A DNA stretch of 63,980 nucleotides, filler included. It is 7 parts of 7 records of this genome, joined end to end, with 100 filler letters (N's around TTAATTAATTAA, not from the genome) between each part and the next. Parts side by side here need not be neighbours in the genome. Positions count along the whole stretch, not along the records: positions 1 to 7,744 come from SRR31156797_18038; positions 7,845 to 13,806 come from SRR31156797_18055; 5 more parts are not named here. One strand, written 5' to 3'. The first letter of the stretch is position 1. The number at the start of each line of letters is the position of its first letter. The notes beneath the pieces are model-generated. The model was not told the origin of the DNA. It searched no databases and saw only the letters and a program-made list of their open reading frames with translations. Positions 1-10,216 of this stretch are shown in pieces. A program made the translations under genes and the position numbers.

Positions 1-1
1 A

Positions 2-334
2 TCACCTGTAATCTTTGATGTTGCGAGTCAACTAAAAACAAAAACAAAGATTTTTGATATGGACCCAATTGGTGAAGAAGTTGATAAAACTACTTTATTA
101 AACCATTTTGAGAATTTAGCGAAGATATTTAATCAAAAAGTTGAGGTTATTTCAAATGATAATAATCCAATTAGAGAGCTTAAAAAGCAGACAAATACTT
201 TACAAATTTTACCATTAAAAAATGAGATGTTTAAACAAAGATTCTCTTGGAAGTTTTTATATACAAACCCAGATTTAATCTCTTTTGATATGAAAAAATA
301 TAGTCAATTATTAATACCAGTTATTGAGGAATAA
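2..334 (+). CDS. C-terminal fragment of a conserved Campylobacterota protein (COG3400-like), 5'-truncated
   Basis: Frame is open from base 2 to the stop at 334 and lies 8 bp upstream of dapC. Family call is by resemblance and context only. Confidence 0.5.
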   Translation, partial: SPVIFDVASQLKTKTKIFDMDPIGEEVDKTTLLNHFENLAKIFNQKVEVISNDNNPIRELKKQTNTLQILPLKNEMFKQRFSWKFLYTNPDLISFDMKKYSQLLIPVIEE

Positions 335-342
335 GGAAAAAA

Positions 343-1473
343 ATGAAATTTGAAAAATACCCTTTTGAAAAGTTAAATGAGCTTTTAAAAGATATTACAC
401 CAAATGATAACTATGAGCTATCGGCTTTAACAATTGGTGAACCAAAATTTGAAACACCAAAGTTTATTCAAGATGAGTTAAAAAACACAACTTCTTTCTT
501 ACAAAAATATCCAGCAAGTGCAGGATTACCAGAGTTAAAAGAAGCAATGCTTACTTTTGTAAAAAACAGATTCAATGTTGAATTACAAATGAGTGAGATA
601 ATAGCAACTTTTGGTACAAGAGAAGTGTTATTTAACTTCCCTCAATTTGCTCTTTTTGATAAAAAAGACCCAGTAATTGCATTTACAAATCCTTTTTACC
701 AAATTTATGAAGGTGCTGCAATTGCTAGTAGGGCTGAGATTATTCATATTGATTTAACTAAAGAGAATAACTTTAAAGCAACACTTAGTGATGAAGAACT
801 TAAAAGATGTGACTTAGTGATTTTAAACTATCCAAATAATCCAACATCAGCTGAAATGACAAAAGAAGAGTTAGGAGAGTGGGTTAAAAAGGCTTTAGAG
901 TTTGATTTTATTTTAGTAAATGATGAGTGTTATTCTGAAATATATTTTGATGAAAATGATAAGCCAGTATCATTACTTGAAGCAAGTGTTGAGGTTGGAA
1001 ATAGTTCTTTTAAAAATGTACTTGTTATGAACTCTATTTCAAAAAGAAGTTCTGCTCCAGGTCTTAGAAGTGGATTTATTGCAGGAGACAAAGAGATTTT
1101 AGAAGAGTATATGAAGTACAGAACTTATGTTGGATGTGCAAGTCCTGTTCCATTACAAAAAACAGCAGCTTTAGCTTGGAGTGAAACTTCTCATGTAGAT
1201 GGATTTAGAAAAATCTATAAAAGAAATTTTGAACTTGCACAAGAGATTTTAGGGATAAAACCTCCTCAAGCAACTTTTTATATTTGGTTAGAAGTTGAAG
1301 ATGAGTTAGAGTTTACAAAAAATCTTTTCAAAGAGAAGCATATTAAAGTATTACCAGGAAGTTTCCTTGGAAGAAATGGTATTGGAAAAGGTTATGTAAG
1401 AATTGCCTTAGTTGAAAATGAAGAGAAGACAAAAGAAGTATTAAAAAGATTAAAGGATTTTATTGATGGATAA
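343..1473 (+). CDS. dapC: Succinyldiaminopimelate transaminase (class I/II PLP aminotransferase)
   Basis: YPFEKL N-terminus, IGEP, NYPNNPT, DECYSEIY, and SISKRSSAPGLRSG PLP-lysine motif. RBS AAGGA upstream. Confidence 0.85.
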   Translation: MKFEKYPFEKLNELLKDITPNDNYELSALTIGEPKFETPKFIQDELKNTTSFLQKYPASAGLPELKEAMLTFVKNRFNVELQMSEIIATFGTREVLFNFPQFALFDKKDPVIAFTNPFYQIYEGAAIASRAEIIHIDLTKENNFKATLSDEELKRCDLVILNYPNNPTSAEMTKEELGEWVKKALEFDFILVNDECYSEIYFDENDKPVSLLEASVEVGNSSFKNVLVMNSISKRSSAPGLRSGFIAGDKEILEEYMKYRTYVGCASPVPLQKTAALAWSETSHVDGFRKIYKRNFELAQEILGIKPPQATFYIWLEVEDELEFTKNLFKEKHIKVLPGSFLGRNGIGKGYVRIALVENEEKTKEVLKRLKDFIDG

Positions 1474-2047
1474 ACAAGAGTTACAAGAAGCTAGAACTAA
1501 TCCAGAGTTCTTAGATTATTTAGAAACAACAAGAATCAATGCAATTGCAGCAAAAGATATTGCAGCACTTTATGAAGTATTAGATTCAATGTTAATTTTA
1601 GATTTAGATGAAGAAAAAATAAACTCTGTTTACCAAACAATTTTAGAAACATCATTTGAAAAAGTAGAAGTGATTGTAAACAATAATCAAAAACTATCTT
1701 TAGATGATGAAAAACTTTTTTATGTAAGAGCACTTTATGAACATGGTATTGAAAAGTGGAGTTATGATAACTTTGATGGGGCAAAGGATTTACTATTTGT
1801 ACTTTCAAATATTGTTGAAGATGAAACTTTAGCTGATGCTTTACAAGTACATATTATAGCTTTAGCAAATAACATTACACTTGATGATTTCTATGAAAAA
1901 GAAGTAAATCTAAATGCTTGTAATAGTGAAGAAAAGTATGGATACTTTATAACTAGTTTTAACAATGATGTAAAAGCTTTATTAGAAGATAATAGTGAAC
2001 TTCTAAAAAAAGAGTTTGAAAATTTAAAACATTTACTGGACGCTTAA
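1466..2047 (+). CDS. Hypothetical acidic helical protein
   Basis: Long ORF overlapping the dapC stop and the murC start, consistent with translational coupling. Confidence 0.75.
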   Translation: MDKQELQEARTNPEFLDYLETTRINAIAAKDIAALYEVLDSMLILDLDEEKINSVYQTILETSFEKVEVIVNNNQKLSLDDEKLFYVRALYEHGIEKWSYDNFDGAKDLLFVLSNIVEDETLADALQVHIIALANNITLDDFYEKEVNLNACNSEEKYGYFITSFNNDVKALLEDNSELLKKEFENLKHLLDA

Positions 2048-3354
2048 TGAAGGTACATTTTATTGGTATTGGTGGAATAGGGCTTTCAGCTCTTGCAAGA
2101 TTTTTAAAAAATGATGGACATGAAGTTTGTGGTTCAGATATAAAAAGTTCTCCTATAACAAAAGACTTAGAGAATGAAGGCATTAAAGTTTTTTGTCCTC
2201 AAGATGCAAAAAATATTAGTGATGATTTAGATATTGTTATCTATTCTGCTGCAGTTACAGATGAAAATCCTGAGTTAATAGAAGCAAGATTAAAACAAAT
2301 AAGAACTATTTCTAGAAAAGAAGCTTTACCTATTATTTTAGGTGATAAGAAAAACTATTGTGTTGCAGGAGCTCATGGTAAATCAACAACAACAGCTATC
2401 TTAGCTTCTATCTTAGAAAGTTCTGCTTTAATTGGAGCTATCTCTAAAGATTTTGGTTCTAATTTTAGATATGTAAATGATTTAGTATCTTTTGAAGCTG
2501 ATGAATCAGATGCTTCTTTTTTACTTTCTAATCCTTATTGTTCTATAGTTACAAATGCAGAACCAGAACATATGGAATACTACCAATATGACTATGAAAA
2601 GTTTTTTGAAGCCTATAAAAAGTTTATTAATTTAGGTGAAAAAAGAGTTTTAAATGGTGAAGATGAGTACATCAAAAAACTTGAAATCAAAGAGGCTACT
2701 TACCTTTATCCAAGTAGTGATATTAAAAACCTATCATATCTTTTAAAAGATGGTGAGCCACATACAAGATTTGATTTAAAAGAGCTTGGTTCTTTTGAAG
2801 TTTGGGGTTTTGGGTATCATATTGCAATTGATGCATCATTAGCTATTTTAGCAGCACTTGAAGAGCTTGATGTGGAACAAATTAGAAAAAATATTCAAAA
2901 CTATAAGGGTATCAAAAAAAGATTTGATATTGTTCAAAAAAATCAAGACCTTGTAGTTGTTGATGATTATGCACACCATCCAACAGAGATAGAAGCAACA
3001 ATGAAATCTGTAGAAGTATATGATAACTTAACAAATATAAATAAAAGAGTTGTAATTTGGCAACCACATAAATATAGCAGAACTAATGACAATCTAGAAG
3101 GTTTTAAAAAGTGTTTTAGAAGATGTGATGAGTTAGTTATCTTACCAATTTGGACAATTCCAGGTGAACAAAAAATCGATATAGATTTTGAAAAAGAGTT
3201 CTCTTCTTATAATCCTACTTTTGCAGATAGTTTAAAAACTACTGATGGAAAAATTGAACTTATAAAAGATGGAAAAGTTATTCAAGAGATAAGTGATGGA
3301 ATAGTTTTAGGTGTAGGAGCTGGTGATATTACATATCAATTAAGACATAATTAG
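2047..3354 (+). CDS. murC: UDP-N-acetylmuramate--L-alanine ligase
   Basis: HFIGIGGIGLS, GAHGKSTTT P-loop, EADESD and DDYAHHPTEI motifs. Confidence 0.95.
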   Translation: MKVHFIGIGGIGLSALARFLKNDGHEVCGSDIKSSPITKDLENEGIKVFCPQDAKNISDDLDIVIYSAAVTDENPELIEARLKQIRTISRKEALPIILGDKKNYCVAGAHGKSTTTAILASILESSALIGAISKDFGSNFRYVNDLVSFEADESDASFLLSNPYCSIVTNAEPEHMEYYQYDYEKFFEAYKKFINLGEKRVLNGEDEYIKKLEIKEATYLYPSSDIKNLSYLLKDGEPHTRFDLKELGSFEVWGFGYHIAIDASLAILAALEELDVEQIRKNIQNYKGIKKRFDIVQKNQDLVVVDDYAHHPTEIEATMKSVEVYDNLTNINKRVVIWQPHKYSRTNDNLEGFKKCFRRCDELVILPIWTIPGEQKIDIDFEKEFSSYNPTFADSLKTTDGKIELIKDGKVIQEISDGIVLGVGAGDITYQLRHN

Positions 3355-3440
3355 AAGCTATAAAAAGATAATAATTTAATTTTTTGTAAAGTTTTTAATA
3401 ATAAAATAGAGTTATTATCTTTAAAGTTAAGGCGTTTAAG

Positions 3441-4628
3441 ATGAAAATATTAGTTAAAAAATTTATGAAAAATGAGTCAACTTCTGGACTTATTTTAATA
3501 TTAGTAACCATCATAGCATTAGCCTTACGAAACTCTGAGTTCTCAGGGTTTTATACTACTTTTTTACATACTCCAATTACTTTTAAAATAGGTGATGTTT
3601 TAGATATTGATAAACCATTGATTTTATGGATAAACGATGGTTTAATGGCTATTTTCTTTTTACTCATCGGTTTAGAAATAAAAAGAGAACTAATAGCAGG
3701 ACATCTCTCAAGTGCTTCAAAAGTCGCACTTCCTGCGATTGCTGCTCTTGGTGGAATGGTTGTTCCAGCAGTAATCTTTGTAATGTTTAACTATGGAGAT
3801 GATTTTGCATTAAGAGGTTGGGCAATACCAACAGCTACAGATATTGCTTTTGCCTTAGGTATTTTATCTCTTTTAGGTAAAAGAGTGCCAACAACTTTAA
3901 AAATCTTTTTAATGGCACTTGCAATATTTGATGACTTAGGTGCAATCTTAATTATCGCAGTTTTTTATACTTCAGATTTATCTTTCCATGCAATTTCTAT
4001 GGCTGCAATTTGTATCTTGCTTTTAATTATCTTTAATAGGTTCCATGTAACAAAACTTGGTTTTTATTGGATTACAGGTGCTGTTCTTTGGATTTTTGTA
4101 TTAAAATCAGGGGTACATGCAACCTTAGCAGGTATTATTGTTGCATTTACAATTCCATTAAATGCAGTAAATGAAAAAAGAAAAAGAGTATCTCCTGCTA
4201 AATCTTTAGAACATCATATTCATTATTGGGTTGCTTTTTATATTTTACCTCTGTTTGCTTTTGTAAATGCAGGAGTTGATTTAAGAGATATGTCTTTAGA
4301 AAAAGTTACGACAGGAGTCTCTTTAGGGATTATTTTAGGACTTTTTGTAGGTAAGCAACTAGGAGTATTTTTATTTACTTATTTAGCAGTTAAATACAAG
4401 CTAGCTAAGCTACCTAAATGTGCAAGTTGGCAACAGATATATGGTGTTGCAGTTTTAACTGGTATTGGCTTTACTATGAGTTTGTTTATTAACTCTTTAG
4501 CTTACCATGAATCAGATGTATTTTTCTATACAGATAAATTAGGTATTTTAATTGGTTCTTTTCTTTCTGGTATTTTAGGGTATTTAATTTTACGCTTTTC
4601 CAAACCTAAAAAAATATGTAATATCTAA
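3441..4628 (+). CDS. nhaA: Na+/H+ antiporter NhaA
   Basis: WINDGLMAIFF, GLEIKRE, GWAIPTATDIAF, AIFDD and GIGFTMSLFI motifs. Confidence 0.95.
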   Translation: MKILVKKFMKNESTSGLILILVTIIALALRNSEFSGFYTTFLHTPITFKIGDVLDIDKPLILWINDGLMAIFFLLIGLEIKRELIAGHLSSASKVALPAIAALGGMVVPAVIFVMFNYGDDFALRGWAIPTATDIAFALGILSLLGKRVPTTLKIFLMALAIFDDLGAILIIAVFYTSDLSFHAISMAAICILLLIIFNRFHVTKLGFYWITGAVLWIFVLKSGVHATLAGIIVAFTIPLNAVNEKRKRVSPAKSLEHHIHYWVAFYILPLFAFVNAGVDLRDMSLEKVTTGVSLGIILGLFVGKQLGVFLFTYLAVKYKLAKLPKCASWQQIYGVAVLTGIGFTMSLFINSLAYHESDVFFYTDKLGILIGSFLSGILGYLILRFSKPKKICNI

Positions 4629-4715
4629 TCAATGTTTACTGTGTATTTCTTCTTTTAAGTATTAATAACTTAATAGTGTTATATAATCAATATAATTATA
4701 TAAATAGGAAGAAAT

Positions 4716-5636
4716 ATGCAAATTACTTTATCTGGAACAGCATTTAAATCATATGAAGTAAATACAAAAAATAGGACAAAAGAAGAACTCTCAAAAGAAA
4801 ATCTTTCTTTTGAAAAGACTTTAACAAAAACAAACCAATCAGATAATATCACTTATCAAACAACTAATGAAAATGAAAATACTACAAATATAGTATTCAC
4901 TGACCCTACTAATGGAAATCATGTTCAAGTTGCTTTAGATAATTCAACAATCGATAGACTTAAAAGAAATTTTTCTGAAGATGATTTTTTTCAAAGAGAA
5001 AATGGGGATATAAGACTTAATGCCAAAGCAGAGTCTTTTGTATCTGGTTGGTTTGCAGATATTGCATATAAAAGAGAATTCTTATCATCTGATGTAAATA
5101 ATGATGGAAAACTTACCGAAGAAGAATATCTTAATACATATAATGCTTTTGGAATAAAAGGAACCATCACTTATAATTCTGATGATATATCTATTGATGA
5201 AAAAGTTGACAATTTAGGTTATGGGAATTATGGTAGTATTGATGAAACAATATATAGAACAGGTATTCATGTAAAATCTTTAGATGATGAACTAAACTAT
5301 ACACTAAATGCAGATAAAGATTTTGATGGAGAAATCTCTTTAGAAGAAGCTTACACTAGTGAAAGTACAATTGAAAATAAGGTAAAAGCTAATATAGGAG
5401 ATTTTTTTTCTCTTCCTGAAAACCAAGAAAAAGGTGAGCTTGCAAGTTTTTTCAATGATGCTATTAATTTTGTATTAGATATTCTTGAGAAAAATAAAAA
5501 AGATAAAAATAAAAATATCGAAATAGATAAAAAGCAGTGGGAACAAATACAGCAAAGACATAATATTTTAATTACTGAAAGTTTGAAACAAGTTTTCGAA
5601 AGTGAAAATAAAAAAGAAAAAACACATGAGCATTAA
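4716..5636 (+). CDS. Hypothetical protein with two EF-hand-like loops
   Basis: 306-aa ORF containing DVNNDGKLTEEEY and DKDFDGEISLEEA. Confidence 0.7.
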   Translation: MQITLSGTAFKSYEVNTKNRTKEELSKENLSFEKTLTKTNQSDNITYQTTNENENTTNIVFTDPTNGNHVQVALDNSTIDRLKRNFSEDDFFQRENGDIRLNAKAESFVSGWFADIAYKREFLSSDVNNDGKLTEEEYLNTYNAFGIKGTITYNSDDISIDEKVDNLGYGNYGSIDETIYRTGIHVKSLDDELNYTLNADKDFDGEISLEEAYTSESTIENKVKANIGDFFSLPENQEKGELASFFNDAINFVLDILEKNKKDKNKNIEIDKKQWEQIQQRHNILITESLKQVFESENKKEKTHEH

Positions 5637-6403
5637 AAAATGGGCTTGACAAGTCCATTTTCAACTATAATTGTTCCATCAAGTTCTAACTCAAATATTT
5701 TACTAGCATACTTTGATATGGCATCTTCATATTTTGGATGAGTTTTTAGATAGTTTGTAAGCTCATCATCCTTTTTCTCAATACTACAAAAAGAGTTTAA
5801 AAATGTTTCAATACAATATATTGGTTCAATTAGACCTTTTTCTAAAAGCTTTTGTGTTCCAATACTTTCATCTAATCTATGGGGAATAGTATATACCTTT
5901 TTGCCCATTTTAAGAGCATAGTTTATGGAACTTAATGTACCACTTTTTTCATCAGCATAAGTTACTATTAAAACTTCTCCAAGGGACACAACTATTTCAT
6001 TTCTTTGTACAAAACTATAGTTTCTAGCTTTCTCTCCTTTTTTATAAGAGCTAAGCATTAAACCACTTTGTTCAATCTCTTCAATAAGTTTTTTATTAAT
6101 AGCTGGATATTTTATGTCTAAACCATTTGCAACTACTGCAATTGTATTTTCTGCCTTAGCAGCCTTGTGAGCTATACTATCAACACCAATAGCAGCGCCA
6201 CTTACAACTACCATATCTCTTTGAGCAAAGCCTTGTGAAAGAAGGTGTGTCATTTTTTGAGAATATAGATTTGGTCTTCTACTTCCTACTACAGAAACCT
6301 TTCTTTTATTTAGAAGATTTTTGTTCCCAATACAAAAAAGTTCTTTGGGATATTTTTTCATTGAGTCTAATTCATTTATATAAAAATTAATTTTTTCTAT
6401 CAT
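5633..6403 (-). CDS. dprA: DNA-processing protein DprA
   Basis: VVGSRR, VSGAAIGVDSIAH, FVQRNEIV and KSGT motifs. Confidence 0.92.
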   Translation of the reverse strand: MIEKINFYINELDSMKKYPKELFCIGNKNLLNKRKVSVVGSRRPNLYSQKMTHLLSQGFAQRDMVVVSGAAIGVDSIAHKAAKAENTIAVVANGLDIKYPAINKKLIEEIEQSGLMLSSYKKGEKARNYSFVQRNEIVVSLGEVLIVTYADEKSGTLSSINYALKMGKKVYTIPHRLDESIGTQKLLEKGLIEPIYCIETFLNSFCSIEKKDDELTNYLKTHPKYEDAISKYASKIFELELDGTIIVENGLVKPIF

Positions 6404-6464
6404 TTTAAAACCTTAGATTTTAAAAGATAATATAGGAATTAAACTTTATAAATAATAAATAAAA

Positions 6465-7571
6465 TTATAAAATAGGAAGTTGATTTACATAAATAAGTTC
6501 TAAATCTTTTAATAAAGGTTTAGATTCTCTAAGAACTTTTATAGTGATATCGTGTGGGTGACCAATGGCAATTGCATAACCTCTTTTTTTAGCAATTGAT
6601 ATTGCTTTTTTTAATTGGTTTTGTATATAGTTAAACTCTTGTTCATTGTCTAAGAAAATATTTCTTGCAATATATGGCATATTATATTTATCTGCCATGA
6701 TTTTACCTTTACTTTTACTTGTCGTTCTACTATCCATAAAAGTAAAGTTATATTTTGTTAAAGCTTTAAATAGTCTGTCCATAGCTTCAGTATCTTGAGT
6801 AAACTTACTACCTGTATGGTTATTTGTAAATTGTGCATTTGGATACCAATCTCTTATTTGAGCAACTCTTTTTTCAATCTTTTCATAAGAGTCTTTTATA
6901 TGAAGTGTGCCTTGCTCTTCACCTTTGAAATATTTTGCTTCCATAGGAAAGTGAATCATATAAAATGGTAGACCATTTACCATCTCAATTGTACTTCCAT
7001 TTCTTGATGTAGGAGGTAGGATTGACATTGTAGTTTTATAGCCTATATTATTGATTTTATTGATTTGGTATTGTGTTGTAACATCATCAATAACAATTGC
7101 AAGTTTAGGTTTATTTGTTTGTATTGGAAGTGGTTTATGAAATACAGATACCTCTTCTGTCTGAATATCTGTTGTTTCTTCTGTTTTAGGTTTTGTGTCT
7201 GGCTTTTTTTCTTTTATAATATTTGTTGTTTTGTCTTCAGTTTTTTCATGAATATACTCTTTATATAAATCTTCAGTATACTCTTCAAATTTGTCTTTTT
7301 TTACTTCAATATTTTTTACGTATTTATTTAATTTATCTTCACTAGTTTCTTGTATTTTAGTAATATCTTCTTTGATTTTCTTTTCAATTTTAGAAATATC
7401 TTTTTTAGATTCTTCTACTTTTTTATTATCAATTAAATAGATTAAAATTCCAATTGCAATAATTAGGGCAAGGATTATTAATAGTAGTATATTAATTAGT
7501 TTGAAATTAATATTTTGTGATTTTCTATGTTTTGTGTTAGTAGATTTTCGTTTAGTTTTTCTTTTAGCCAT
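6465..7571 (-). CDS. Divergent polysaccharide deacetylase family protein (YibQ-like), membrane anchored
   Basis: N-terminal TM helix; LAIVIDD, HFPME, NNHTGS, DSRT, RNIFLDN and AIGHPH motifs. Confidence 0.88.
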   Translation of the reverse strand: MAKRKTKRKSTNTKHRKSQNINFKLINILLLIILALIIAIGILIYLIDNKKVEESKKDISKIEKKIKEDITKIQETSEDKLNKYVKNIEVKKDKFEEYTEDLYKEYIHEKTEDKTTNIIKEKKPDTKPKTEETTDIQTEEVSVFHKPLPIQTNKPKLAIVIDDVTTQYQINKINNIGYKTTMSILPPTSRNGSTIEMVNGLPFYMIHFPMEAKYFKGEEQGTLHIKDSYEKIEKRVAQIRDWYPNAQFTNNHTGSKFTQDTEAMDRLFKALTKYNFTFMDSRTTSKSKGKIMADKYNMPYIARNIFLDNEQEFNYIQNQLKKAISIAKKRGYAIAIGHPHDITIKVLRESKPLLKDLELIYVNQLPIL

Positions 7572-7572
7572 A

Positions 7573-7608
7573 TAAAAAAAGAAGTAAGAGAGTTAAACTC
7601 TCTTACTT
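7573..7608 (-). terminator. Intrinsic terminator after ilvC
   Basis: AAGTAAGAGAGT-TAA-ACTCTCTTACTT hairpin followed by a T-run on the minus strand. Confidence 0.7.
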
Positions 7609-7614
7609 AGATAA

Positions 7615-7744
<130 letters not shown>

Positions 7745-7844
7745 NNNNNNNNNNNNNNNNNNNNNNNNNNNNNNNNNNNNNNNNNNNNTTAATTAATTAA
7801 NNNNNNNNNNNNNNNNNNNNNNNNNNNNNNNNNNNNNNNNNNNN
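7745..7844. other. Artificial contig spacer N44-TTAATTAATTAA-N44 (also 13807-13906, 20408-20507, 26544-26643, 51388-51487, 58813-58912)
   Basis: Identical 100-bp spacer with six-frame stops occurs six times. Genes are truncated at the spacers and base composition changes across several of them. Confidence 0.98.
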
Positions 7845-7904
7845 CACGACCTTGCGATCAAGGGATTTTAAGTCCCTGGTGTCTACCAATTCCACCACCC
7901 AGGC
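7845..7904 (-). tRNA. tRNA-Leu(UAA), 3'-truncated by the contig end
   Basis: Minus strand reads GCCTGGGTGGTGGAATTGGTAGACACCAGGGACTTAAAATCCCTTGATCGCAAGGTCGTG: D-loop, anticodon TAA and long variable arm. Confidence 0.92.
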
Positions 7905-7956
7905 GCGAAGTTTTGTTTCATTATCCCGCAAAAAGGCAGGACGTCAATGGTTTTGG

Positions 7957-9642
7957 TTATTTGAATATTGCTAAATAATTTTTGAACAGCCGGGGACTGA
8001 CTCTGGAGTACTGGTCAAAGTCGGAAATAAGCTCAAGGCCGGGGATAACGGCGCGGGTAACTGGTATGTCCAAATCTTTACGGGTCAGATCCACGTAGGC
8101 TGGCGTGTATCCATTGTCCATGAGCGTCTTTTCAAGGACCATGAGGTCTCCCTCAGCGCTTCCTGTGGAATAATCAGGCAGGTCTTCTAGGCGTCTGGTT
8201 TCAAGTCCTTCCGGGGCTGATCCGCTTGCGGGGCCAGGGTATGGGTATGCTGTTTCTGTCATGGCGGAGATCAGGGCGGATTTTCCATTTAGGCCACAAC
8301 CGCCGCCTTTGTTTACATCACCATGTTTGCCGAGGACAACTGATTTATAACATGGCACGCCAAGTTCTGTGGTCATATCCATGAACCACACATCAATGCC
8401 GTCAGTCTTGTAGTCTTCGAGTAACTTAGAAATTCCCGGATCATCTGTTTCAATGCGGAAACAGTGTTTCGGATCATAAAGCATGGTTGCATCAGAGTCT
8501 CGTTCGATAACCTCTGTCAACGCGGCAACTTTTGCTTCGGCAATGGTGTTGCCTGAGGCTAAACCGGTAGAGCCAAGGGCACTGAACAAGCTTTGTTCGT
8601 CCAGATTACAGAAAAGGAATATAAATTGGGCCGGGATCAGGATGGATGTTGTCTCGCCGTTTCCATCTGGTCGTTGGCCTTCCAACCAATGGAGTTTTTG
8701 ACTTGCGTAAGGGACTTCCAGTCGAACGTCGTTTGGATTGATCGCGTCCTGGCTTAATTCGTCATATGTTCCATATGTCAGCGGGTACTTTTGTTTGTAA
8801 CCGACAAGACCGTCTTTGTTGGCGCTGGCGTATGAAGAGAATCTTTCGGCCATTTCCATACAGCAGGAAGCGTCTGCCTGTTTTCGGGACAAGCCTCGAC
8901 CGTAACTCGTTTGGATACCCTCAAGTGAATTAGAAAGCGTTCCGTTTACCGAGCGCGTTTTGACCATCCAGTGACGCAGGCTGGCTATGGGCGACAAGGA
9001 GGCCTTGTGTGCCATGACCGGCCCAAGGAAGGCGTCCACTTTGTCCAGTGCTCCGAATGCCCGCTCAATTGTTTCTTCCAGTGGACAACGAGGGTTAGCT
9101 GGCGGGAGTTGGCAGTCCAATTCTTTGCGCACTTCGCCTGCGGAGACTGAAATGGGTACGTCCAAGTCGGCTTGCGAATACAGCGGTTTTGGTGCGTCAT
9201 CTGGTGCGGGCAGCGGAGCCAGAGTGAAGATGTTTTTCCCAAAAAGATTGATCCATTCACGATGCAGCGGTTGATCTTTTACGAGTCGCGAACGGATGTG
9301 TATCGCCGGAGTGAAGTCGAGCAAATATGCCGGATCCAGACCTTCAAATAAAGGAAGCAAGGGAGCTTGTCGGGAATGGCAGATGCATGCTTCATACATG
9401 ACAGCGGTGAGAACCGGGTCGGATTGACCGTTGTCTTTCATTACTTCTTTAATGAGTTTCTGTAGCTTTCGGGTGCGAAAATCTTTGAATCCCTGAAGCA
9501 CGAATTCATGCATGTAGTCGTCATACGGATGCTTTCTCAGATAATCTGTCATTTCGTTGAAACTCAGATTGACGTCAGGCATAGCGGCGAACATGCCAAC
9601 TCCGAAGTCCGTATCCATCATTTGCAGCTTGTAGCGCATCAA
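7957..9642 (-). CDS. YcaO-like family protein with N-terminal extension
   Basis: SYGRG, MEMAERF, STGLASG, EVIERD, SAMTE and VIPGLE motifs of the YcaO ATP-binding fold. Confidence 0.85.
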   Translation of the reverse strand: MMRYKLQMMDTDFGVGMFAAMPDVNLSFNEMTDYLRKHPYDDYMHEFVLQGFKDFRTRKLQKLIKEVMKDNGQSDPVLTAVMYEACICHSRQAPLLPLFEGLDPAYLLDFTPAIHIRSRLVKDQPLHREWINLFGKNIFTLAPLPAPDDAPKPLYSQADLDVPISVSAGEVRKELDCQLPPANPRCPLEETIERAFGALDKVDAFLGPVMAHKASLSPIASLRHWMVKTRSVNGTLSNSLEGIQTSYGRGLSRKQADASCCMEMAERFSSYASANKDGLVGYKQKYPLTYGTYDELSQDAINPNDVRLEVPYASQKLHWLEGQRPDGNGETTSILIPAQFIFLFCNLDEQSLFSALGSTGLASGNTIAEAKVAALTEVIERDSDATMLYDPKHCFRIETDDPGISKLLEDYKTDGIDVWFMDMTTELGVPCYKSVVLGKHGDVNKGGGCGLNGKSALISAMTETAYPYPGPASGSAPEGLETRRLEDLPDYSTGSAEGDLMVLEKTLMDNGYTPAYVDLTRKDLDIPVTRAVIPGLELISDFDQYSRVSPRLFKNYLAIFK

Positions 9643-10214
9643 TCCCTCGTCTGTACTGTGTTGATCAATTCACGGGTTTGCGGAAGCAGAGAGCGGGCAA
9701 TAGCTTGGACACCGCTTGCATTGGGGTGCATCCCGTCGAGTAATGTCAATGAAGAGTCTCCGAAATAGCTACTGAGGATATCCGGGAATAGCGGAAGTCC
9801 GAAATTTGTGGCTAATGTCGGGAATATTGGATCGAAGCTGTGTTTGTACTTTGCCCCCATGTCAGGCAGGGCAGTGATACCTACCAAAAGGATAGGTAAA
9901 CCATGAGTGAGAAGGGCTTTGATGACAGTCGTGGCGGTAGCCATAATATCGTCAGCAGGATAAGTCATGAAGCTGTCATTGGCCCCGAACTCAAGAATCA
10001 CAGCATCTGGCCGGGCTTGCAGAACCATGTCGATTCTGTTGAGCCCGTCTTCGAAAGTGTCACCGGAAACACCAAAGTTAAGGCAGGTTGCATGAATGGC
10101 TTCGTCGGCCAGCAGACGTTCCAGAACTTTGGGTAGAGCTTCGTCCGGGGCAAGGCCGTATCCTTCGGTCAGGCTATCGCCGAAGCAAGCTATTCGCAGA
10201 GGCCTGTGTGTCAT
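9639..10214 (-). CDS. GDSL/SGNH arylesterase / acyl-CoA thioesterase (TesA-like)
   Basis: FGDSLT, GVSGDT, GAND and DGMHPN blocks. Start moved to ATG 10214. Confidence 0.9.
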   Translation of the reverse strand: MTHRPLRIACFGDSLTEGYGLAPDEALPKVLERLLADEAIHATCLNFGVSGDTFEDGLNRIDMVLQARPDAVILEFGANDSFMTYPADDIMATATTVIKALLTHGLPILLVGITALPDMGAKYKHSFDPIFPTLATNFGLPLFPDILSSYFGDSSLTLLDGMHPNASGVQAIARSLLPQTRELINTVQTRD

Positions 10215-10216
10215 TG

